This document shows, piece by piece, positions 57,283-64,000 of a stretch of DNA of 64,000 nucleotides. A program made the position numbers and the translations under genes. Source of the DNA: Lachnospiraceae bacterium (lineage in GTDB: Bacteria > Bacillota > Clostridia > Lachnospirales > Lachnospiraceae); the NCBI GenBank assembly GCA_022510615.1, contig JAFLTC010000002.1:67850-131849 (forward strand), in the 5' to 3' direction. Numbering within the stretch: the stretch's first letter is position 1; the number at the start of each line of letters is the position of its first letter. The notes beneath the pieces were generated by a model, which worked only from the letters and a program-made list of their open reading frames with translations, was not told where the DNA came from and did not search any database.

Positions 57283-57873
57283 TTGGTTTCGGGAAAGGAA
57301 GCAAAAAAAAGAATGGAGGAAGATGGGATTCTCAGGAAATATGGAATGGATTTGTTGGGAGCCCAGTTGCTCAATCTGGGAGTAACACTTCTCATTGCAG
57401 TCATTAGCAGACGTTTTCTGGAAATATTGCTTTTTGTGCCGGTATTTACCTCTCTTCGGCGATATGCCGGTGGTTACCACGGGAAAAATAATAGAGAATG
57501 CTTCTGGCTGTCATCTGCTATCATGGCAGTATCCATATTTGCTATTGTATGCCTGGAAAACTGGATGGCTGTCAGCCCGGATGCTATAATTATCCTTGCC
57601 CTATGGGAGTTTGCAACAGGAATTTTTATTTGTATGACAGCTCCGGTGGCGGCAGAGAAAAAGCCGTTGGATGCACTGGAGAAAAAGGTATATGGCAGAC
57701 GTGCTATTCTGGTATTGGGGATTCAGATGATAATCGCATACTTGCTTCTTTTCCTAATAGGAGGAATCGGTTCTGTAGTGGTGGTGGCACACAGTGTTAT
57801 TGCCACTTCCATGCTTTGTGCTAAAATATTAAAGTACACCCGCCGTCCGCAGTATGAAAATCCAGACAGTTAG
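57283..57873 (+). CDS. agrB: Accessory gene regulator B (AIP-processing membrane peptidase)
   Basis: YG, LRRYAGGYH-x5-C and PV-x4-KPL motifs. Confidence 0.9.
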   Translation: MVSGKEAKKRMEEDGILRKYGMDLLGAQLLNLGVTLLIAVISRRFLEILLFVPVFTSLRRYAGGYHGKNNRECFWLSSAIMAVSIFAIVCLENWMAVSPDAIIILALWEFATGIFICMTAPVAAEKKPLDALEKKVYGRRAILVLGIQMIIAYLLLFLIGGIGSVVVVAHSVIATSMLCAKILKYTRRPQYENPDS

Positions 57874-58770
57874 CGTGACAGAGGATAACAGGGTTGTCAG
57901 CACAATGATACTGGAAGTCAGCGTGCTGTCATTCCCTGTATTCTTTGCCATAATATAGCAGGATACCGTGGCAGGAGAGCCGAGCATAATAAGGATTGCC
58001 ATCAGCTCCTGGTTGCGGTAGCCAAAATAAATGGCAAGAGGTAAAAAGAGCGCCGACAACAAAATAAGCTTGATAAAAGAAGCCGCCAGAGTCGGTTTTA
58101 TTTTTTTGATTGCTTTCCGCCCTTCAAAGCTGGCCCCAATCGATATCAAAGCGAGAGGAGTTGCGGTATTTCCCACACTGCTGATTGCCTTGTTTAGAAA
58201 GGCAGGAAAATGCAGATTGAAAAAAGCAAAGGGGAGGGAAATGAGAATACTGAGCAGAATCGGGTTTTTTATCACACTGACAAAGGTGCTTTTTAAATCC
58301 GGCTTCTGTCCGCCGTTATCCCCCTTTAAGGTCAGAATAATCACGGCAAAAATATTAAAAAGCGGAACGGCTCCAATAATCATTAAAGGTGCCATTCCTG
58401 CACCATTGTACATATTGTCGATAAAGGCAAGGCCCAAAATCGCTGCGCTGCTCCGGTAGGAGGCCTGAATAAAAGCGCCCTTTTCGGAATCTTCTTTCAT
58501 AAAAATTTCTGTCAGACCCCAGATCACAAGAATAATAGCGAGAGTGACGAAAAAGCAGAACAGGACATATCCTCCGTCAAAACCGGCACGAATATCGTTT
58601 TCCGTCAAATCCTGAAAGACAAGGGCTGGCAGGGCGATCATAAAAACATATTTATCCGCAATTTTCGTAAAGTGCTCATCAATCAGATGAATCCGGTACA
58701 AAAATTTTCCCAGTATCATCATAAGAAAAATAGGCAGAGTGGCATTGATGCTGTATATAAAATTATCCAT
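57829..58770 (-). CDS. AEC (auxin efflux carrier) family transporter
   Basis: PIFLMM-LG, ALPALVF, KNPIL and TPLALISIGA motifs. 45-bp convergent overlap with agrB. Confidence 0.88.
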   Translation of the reverse strand: MDNFIYSINATLPIFLMMILGKFLYRIHLIDEHFTKIADKYVFMIALPALVFQDLTENDIRAGFDGGYVLFCFFVTLAIILVIWGLTEIFMKEDSEKGAFIQASYRSSAAILGLAFIDNMYNGAGMAPLMIIGAVPLFNIFAVIILTLKGDNGGQKPDLKSTFVSVIKNPILLSILISLPFAFFNLHFPAFLNKAISSVGNTATPLALISIGASFEGRKAIKKIKPTLAASFIKLILLSALFLPLAIYFGYRNQELMAILIMLGSPATVSCYIMAKNTGNDSTLTSSIIVLTTLLSSVTLTVWIFILRTAGVL

Positions 58771-58902
58771 TGTGATACCTCCATTTGACCGGTATTGTAA
58801 CACTGGTAAGTGAGAAAGTAAAGTATTTCTTAGAATTTGTGCTATCATTAAATTTTGTCTCCCCTGCATATATTATAAAAATGGATTTTCAGGAGGCAAC
58901 TT

Positions 58903-60195
58903 TTGTCCTTTCTTTCCTCACTCAATCAATTTTTATGGGGCGGTCCGGTTCTTCTTTTACTTTTGGGACTTCATATTTATTATACTTTTCGCCTTTCCTT
59001 TGTGCAACGCTATGTCCTGCGTGGGATTCAGCTTTCTCTTGGGGATGATGACAGCCAGACTGCTGCCGGCTTCAGCCGCTTTGGTTCTCTGACTACTACG
59101 CTGGCAGCCACTCTTGGCACCGGCAATATTGTCGGTGTTTCCACCGCTATTTATCTGGGTGGTCCCGGGGCTATTTTCTGGTGCTGGCTCACGGGGGTAT
59201 TGGGTATGGCTACGACCTATGCCGAAACCTTTCTTTGCACAAAGTACCGGTATTGGGACGGAGAAAAACAATATCTGGGTGGTCCCATGTATCTTTTACA
59301 GTATTTATTGGGAAAGAAAAGACTTGCCTTTCTCTACAGTGCAGCATTGTGCTTATCCGCTTTTTTTATCGGCTGCACCACACAGAGCAATGCCATTGCT
59401 GATACATGTCAACAGGTCTTTGGTTTTATGCCGCCCATGACAGCTATTATTACAGCTTTTTTTGTGGGTTTGATTTTACTTCAGGGGAAAAAGTGGATTG
59501 AAAAATTTTCAATGGCGGTTGTTCCCTCCATGGCTTTTTTCTTTTTTGGCGGGTGTCTGTTATACCTGATTCTCCATGCGGACTACCTGTTGCCGTCACT
59601 TTCCCAGATAGTTTCCTCCGCCTTTGGAATCTCCCAGATTGGCGGCGGTGCCATTGGATTTACCTTGGGAAAAGCTGTCCGCTACGGCATTGCCAGAGGC
59701 CTTTTTACCAATGAAGCAGGTCTTGGAACCGCCGGTCTCATTGCCGGCAATTCATCGGAAACCTGTGCTAAGAACCAGGCTCTTATTTCCATGAGTGCTA
59801 CCTTTTGGGATACTGTCGTTCTCTGTGCCGTAACCGGACTTGTACTCACAGAATACCAGCTTGAATATGCTTCTGAATGGCCGTTTTTGTCCGCCGGCTC
59901 TTTAACGGCCGCTGCCTTCTCAAAGCTCCCCTTTTTCGGGGATGAAATACTGGCGATAGCCATTATCTGTTTTGCCCTCGCCACATTGGTGGGCTGGAGC
60001 TATTATGGCAGGCAGGGCTTTGAATTTTTGTTTCATGGAAAAGGTATATCAGGATATCATTATTTGTACATTATTATGATTTTTATTGGCGGTGTCATGC
60101 CTCTTACTCTGGTATGGGAACTGACGGATTTTATTAATTTTTTCCTTTTTATCCCCTCTTTTTACATGCTTGTCCGTTGCCGGAAGAAGTTTTAA
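58903..60195 (+). CDS. Alanine/glycine:cation symporter (AGCS) family protein
   Basis: TLGTGNIVGV, GGPGAIFW, GGPMY, RGLFTNEAGLG and GWSYYG motifs. Confidence 0.92.
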   Translation: MSFLSSLNQFLWGGPVLLLLLGLHIYYTFRLSFVQRYVLRGIQLSLGDDDSQTAAGFSRFGSLTTTLAATLGTGNIVGVSTAIYLGGPGAIFWCWLTGVLGMATTYAETFLCTKYRYWDGEKQYLGGPMYLLQYLLGKKRLAFLYSAALCLSAFFIGCTTQSNAIADTCQQVFGFMPPMTAIITAFFVGLILLQGKKWIEKFSMAVVPSMAFFFFGGCLLYLILHADYLLPSLSQIVSSAFGISQIGGGAIGFTLGKAVRYGIARGLFTNEAGLGTAGLIAGNSSETCAKNQALISMSATFWDTVVLCAVTGLVLTEYQLEYASEWPFLSAGSLTAAAFSKLPFFGDEILAIAIICFALATLVGWSYYGRQGFEFLFHGKGISGYHYLYIIMIFIGGVMPLTLVWELTDFINFFLFIPSFYMLVRCRKKF

Positions 60196-60272
60196 CAAAA
60201 AAAACATATATTTTACATATTTTTTGTATTATAATTACATTATAAGAACAAGTTCCACAAAGGAGGACGAGC

Positions 60273-61637
60273 ATGGCGGTAAAGATATCGACAAAAATAA
60301 AAGAGTGGACACAGTTTCATCTTGCCACGGGGAAAATAGATTATATGAGTTTAAACAGGCTTCGTCTGAACCTAACGGCAGACAGTGCTATTTCTTCCAG
60401 ACTCTCCCTTACCGAACAGACAAGAAAGCAGGAGGAAAAAATCCGCACCATCATAAAGGAAGAAGCTTTCTCTTTTGAATCCATGAAGCTTATTTTAAAT
60501 CCATACAAAACTACACCTTTAACAGCTCTTGCTATCTTCCATACCGATTTTTCCTGCCGGCTTTCCTACCGTGTGCAGGGGCACGGGGAGGAGTCTGACT
60601 ATTCTTATGTTTATCCCACACCGGTTACTACCCATGTCTGTCCGATATTCGGTCTTTACCCGGATACGGATAATCTTGTCACAATGGAACTAATTGCTAC
60701 CGAAGGTAATACCCTTGCTTCCCGTACTATCCGCATAAAAACCGGTCCGGTTTCGGACAATATTCTGTCAGGGCAGGAAGAATCCGGCTACCCTCTGCTT
60801 CGTGATGACGAGGGAAATATCCGGTATTATTTAAATGTGCCCGCCGGTGACATTGGAATCGTACCGATTTCCGATCAACGTTTTCTGTTGGCAGATGCTG
60901 CCATCCGGACCCGTACCGGACAAATGCCCCTGCCGACACATTTATATGAATTTGATTTGTTAGGACGATTTTACCGAACCTACTATGTGGGAAATGGAAT
61001 TGCCGACATTGTGGGAGAAAAGGAGGCGGGGGAAAATCTCTATCTCTTTACCCCTTCCTACTCCGGACCGGAAAATAATCTGCTGGAACTGAACCGGCAG
61101 ACTGGTGCCGTTGTAAAAGTGACTGCCACCGATCAGGTCGCCAAAAATTATTCCGGCAGAAACATAACCAGACAGCAGCTGGATACGCTCTCTGATTTTA
61201 TAAGCAGGGATTTTGCCGCCGGCACAGAAAGTTTTACGGACATTTTATATCCGGTCAGCGGCTGGTTAAAGACACCGGTTCCCTATAAGGGTGCTTCCAT
61301 TGAAACGACAGAGGGCATCAGTCTGGAAGATATGGCGAAACTCCACCAAATGCGTTTTTCCCTCTATGGTGACACACTGTTAGTTTCCACTATGGGACAC
61401 CGACTGCAGGAAATTTTGTTTGCCAGAACCGACAGGGTCTACCAGCTGGATTTAACCTTTCCGGCACTGATAGATGAAGCCTATGAGGATTATCCTTATC
61501 TTCTCGCTGTTCCCTTTACAGAAATGTATAGCGGCACGTATTCTGTGGTCCTCCGCTTTGCCGACGGCAGCCAGGAGGTATTAAAGGATACGATTACACT
61601 ATCCCGTACAAGACAAACAGTGCCGCCGGCTAACTAG
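60273..61637 (+). CDS. Protein with an arylsulfotransferase N-terminal Ig-like domain (degenerate ASST-like)
   Basis: LNPY-x2-PLTAL...PIFGLYP-x2-N-V, D-x2-GNIRYY and EFDLLGR motifs. Shorter than a full ASST. Confidence 0.6.
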   Translation: MAVKISTKIKEWTQFHLATGKIDYMSLNRLRLNLTADSAISSRLSLTEQTRKQEEKIRTIIKEEAFSFESMKLILNPYKTTPLTALAIFHTDFSCRLSYRVQGHGEESDYSYVYPTPVTTHVCPIFGLYPDTDNLVTMELIATEGNTLASRTIRIKTGPVSDNILSGQEESGYPLLRDDEGNIRYYLNVPAGDIGIVPISDQRFLLADAAIRTRTGQMPLPTHLYEFDLLGRFYRTYYVGNGIADIVGEKEAGENLYLFTPSYSGPENNLLELNRQTGAVVKVTATDQVAKNYSGRNITRQQLDTLSDFISRDFAAGTESFTDILYPVSGWLKTPVPYKGASIETTEGISLEDMAKLHQMRFSLYGDTLLVSTMGHRLQEILFARTDRVYQLDLTFPALIDEAYEDYPYLLAVPFTEMYSGTYSVVLRFADGSQEVLKDTITLSRTRQTVPPAN

Positions 61638-61689
61638 CACCATTGTGCTAGCATAACAGCGACACGGTCATTACACTTTTATGTTGGGA

Positions 61690-62733
61690 TTATTCCACCA
61701 TATCCCAATTTAACTGCACATCTGCCGCAATGTCCTCTGCGGCTCTGCGACCAAGAATTTTTTCATAATCCTCTGCCGGAATTTCGCCCGTTCCCGGACG
61801 CTTTACCCAGAGGTTTTCTTTTGTAAAACATTCTCCCTTTTTTACCGGCGAAATGGTAACCGCTGTGGCAAAGGCAAAGTCTATCGTTACCTGTTCCTCT
61901 GATAGCGCCACTTTCTTTCCGCCTAGCATCTGGGGAATTTCCTTCGCGGACAAAAGTAAATCTTCCAAAGCTTCTTTATCCATGGAGCAAGGCACATCCG
62001 GTCCCGTTCTTTGCATCGTGTCAGTAAAATGTCTCTCCACAACACTGGCTCCCAGTGCCAGTGCCGCCTTGCAGGCATTGTTATTCAGAGTGTGGTCGGA
62101 AAGTCCTACCGGTACGCCGGGAAACTCTTTTATCATCTCCAACATTGCTCCCAGTCGGACCTGCTCCGGCTTTGTGGGATATAAATTTGTCGTGTGCATC
62201 AGGGCATAGGAGACACCCCTCTTTTCCATAATATTTACCGCCTTATGAATCGACTCTATATCATTCATTCCCGTGGATACAATCATCGGTTTTCCGAAAG
62301 ATGCCACATGATCGATAAGGGGATAGTTATTCATTTCTCCGGAACCAATCTTATAGGCCGCCACTCCAAATTTTTCCAACCGCTCTGCGGCCGCCCGGGA
62401 AAATGGCGTACTGATGAACACCATACCAAGACTTTCCGTATAGCGTTTCATTTCCTTTTCTTCCTCTTCGTCAAGGGCGCATTCTGCCATAATATCATAG
62501 ATGGAAACATCCGCATTACCCGGCACAACTGCCTTCGCTGCCGGTGCCATCTCATCCTCCACAATGTGTGTCTGATGCTTTATCATCCTCGCCCCGGCAA
62601 GATAGGCGGCGTGAACCATTTCCTTGGCTATGGCAAGACTGCCACCGTGATTGATTCCAATTTCCGGAATTACCAGCGGGCGTTTTCCCTCACCTACCTC
62701 AATTCCTCCTATATTTAATATATTCCGGCTCAT
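61690..62733 (-). CDS. neuB: N-acetylneuraminate synthase family protein
   Basis: EIGINHGGS, KHQT, STPFS, KIGSGE, GLSDHT and ERHFT motifs, plus a C-terminal SAF domain (KRPGTG). Confidence 0.92.
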   Translation of the reverse strand: MSRNILNIGGIEVGEGKRPLVIPEIGINHGGSLAIAKEMVHAAYLAGARMIKHQTHIVEDEMAPAAKAVVPGNADVSIYDIMAECALDEEEEKEMKRYTESLGMVFISTPFSRAAAERLEKFGVAAYKIGSGEMNNYPLIDHVASFGKPMIVSTGMNDIESIHKAVNIMEKRGVSYALMHTTNLYPTKPEQVRLGAMLEMIKEFPGVPVGLSDHTLNNNACKAALALGASVVERHFTDTMQRTGPDVPCSMDKEALEDLLLSAKEIPQMLGGKKVALSEEQVTIDFAFATAVTISPVKKGECFTKENLWVKRPGTGEIPAEDYEKILGRRAAEDIAADVQLNWDMVE

Positions 62734-62750
62734 ATAACCTCCTGTATGTA

Positions 62751-63485
62751 TTACTCGGTAACCTCATAAAGAAAGCTGTTTCCTTTTTTTCCTACCCGTT
62801 CTACGATTCCCAGATAATATAATATATTTAATGCCGTCTGAGCATTGGACAGCGTCAGCTTTGTCGCTTTTGCATATTCCTTTGAGGTAAATTCCTGCAG
62901 CTCCGGCGGCACTAGCATACGATAGTCCTGGACACAATCCAGATGGAATTCCTCTATCAGCCCGATGGGAATCCGGTCATGTCTGCAGGAACCTTTTTTC
63001 CTGTCGGTACTCCAGCCGTTTAACAATCTTGTCTCCTCCATATCAATTAACAGTATATGGATGGATAGATTGGGCTCCTTCAAAAAGGATTTGATTTTAT
63101 ATAACTCCCGGAACACCGCATAGGGCGTCCCCCGTTTGGGGGACTTACGACGCTCCGATATTTCCCCGGTTTCTTCATCAAGCCAGCGCAGCCACTTCGT
63201 AGCTGGAACCGGATACACAATGGTAACCTGATATAACGGCAGGAGCGCTGCTAATTTGGCACGCATGGTATTGAAGTTTGCTGTCTGGATTTCAAATACC
63301 CTGCCCTCCCTGTAGACATCTGCCACATAACCTTCCAATGGAGTTTCATGAAAATCTTCGTCAGGCTCTACATAGTTTTTTACCACAGCATGTATCGTCT
63401 TTTCTCCCAGCGTTCCAATGCCATGGTTTTCATGCTCTCTTGCCAATATTTTGGCGGCAGCCTGATTAAATCGTATCTTGTCCAT
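62751..63485 (-). CDS. Hypothetical protein, possible PD-(D/E)XK nuclease fold
   Basis: GIGTLGEK-x2-H, VAD...EIQT motifs and a wHTH-like C-terminus. Confidence 0.6.
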   Translation of the reverse strand: MDKIRFNQAAAKILAREHENHGIGTLGEKTIHAVVKNYVEPDEDFHETPLEGYVADVYREGRVFEIQTANFNTMRAKLAALLPLYQVTIVYPVPATKWLRWLDEETGEISERRKSPKRGTPYAVFRELYKIKSFLKEPNLSIHILLIDMEETRLLNGWSTDRKKGSCRHDRIPIGLIEEFHLDCVQDYRMLVPPELQEFTSKEYAKATKLTLSNAQTALNILYYLGIVERVGKKGNSFLYEVTE

Positions 63486-64000
63486 AATAAGCATCTGCAC
63501 CGTGTTTTCTAAAATAGTGTTTATCCAACAAATATTGAGGTGCCCGCCCTGTCCGCGGATTTAAAGTCAGGGTATGATGCGCCATTTCTGCCACCTTATC
63601 CAGTACCACGGCATTGTATACGGCGTTTGCCGGAGAAGTTCCCCATGCAAAGGGACCATGGTTTTTCACGACAATTCCCGGAATCTCCAAGGGATCCTTA
63701 TCTCCGATAGTTTCAACAATAACCGTTCCGGTATTTCTTTCATAATCCCGGTGGATTTCTTCTGCCGTCAAGTCTCTTGTGCAGGGAATATCACCATAGA
63801 AATAATCGGCATGGGTTGTGCCAAGCGCCGGAATCGCCATGCCTGCCTGTGCAAAGGTAACTGCCCATACAGAGTGGGTGTGCACTACACCGGCCAAAGA
63901 CGGATACGCCTTATACAGTTCAATATGGGTTGCCGTATCCGAAGAAGGACGGTATTTTCCCTCTATCACATTCTGGTTAAAATCTACTACAACCATATCC
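63466..64000 (-). CDS. araD: L-ribulose-5-phosphate 4-epimerase (5'-truncated by the window edge)
   Basis: [27 protein letters not shown] and HYFRKHG-x2-YYGQ motifs. Confidence 0.93.
   Translation of the reverse strand, partial: DMVVVDFNQNVIEGKYRPSSDTATHIELYKAYPSLAGVVHTHSVWAVTFAQAGMAIPALGTTHADYFYGDIPCTRDLTAEEIHRDYERNTGTVIVETIGDKDPLEIPGIVVKNHGPFAWGTSPANAVYNAVVLDKVAEMAHHTLTLNPRTGRAPQYLLDKHYFRKHGADAYYGQDTI

Overview
Chromosomal window from a low-GC Firmicute. The gene content (Tad pilus tail genes, DUF6382-FHA, mecA, nfnAB, many Lys-rich Ig-like secreted enzymes) points to a fibre-degrading Lachnospiraceae/Eubacterium-like organism; this taxonomy is an inference. In order, the window holds: the end of a Tad pilus cluster, housekeeping genes (murG, pgi), secreted xylan-degrading enzymes (CE1, GH43, GH10) with an AraC regulator, a Met-to-Cys/Met-uptake operon, a small accessory island (about 28.5-33 kb), nfnAB, acyl-CoA synthetase-fabF, an MBOAT operon, arsR/cadA, a BlaI-M56 module, an ECF sigma/anti-sigma module, an agr-like quorum-sensing locus, transporters, neuB and araD. 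No rRNA, tRNA or CRISPR array was seen. Three small genes are missing from the ORF track: a 55-aa ferredoxin, a 36-aa Met/Cys-rich leader peptide and a 49-aa AgrD. The most notable signals are: (1) four copies of an ~85-bp covarying hairpin element that always lies just downstream of a stop codon in the same orientation, with distal arms antisense to that gene's own 3' end; (2) a hix-like 12+2+12 invertible promoter beside a serine recombinase, currently in an apparent OFF orientation; (3) a Met/Cys leader-peptide attenuator, plus an Rrf2-like operator, on the mccB-mccA-metNIQ operon; (4) a shared ECF-type promoter motif linking the ECF module to the agr-like two-component genes; (5) a BlaI-M56 pair with a sigma28-like promoter, next to two proteins with features of flagellar export substrates.
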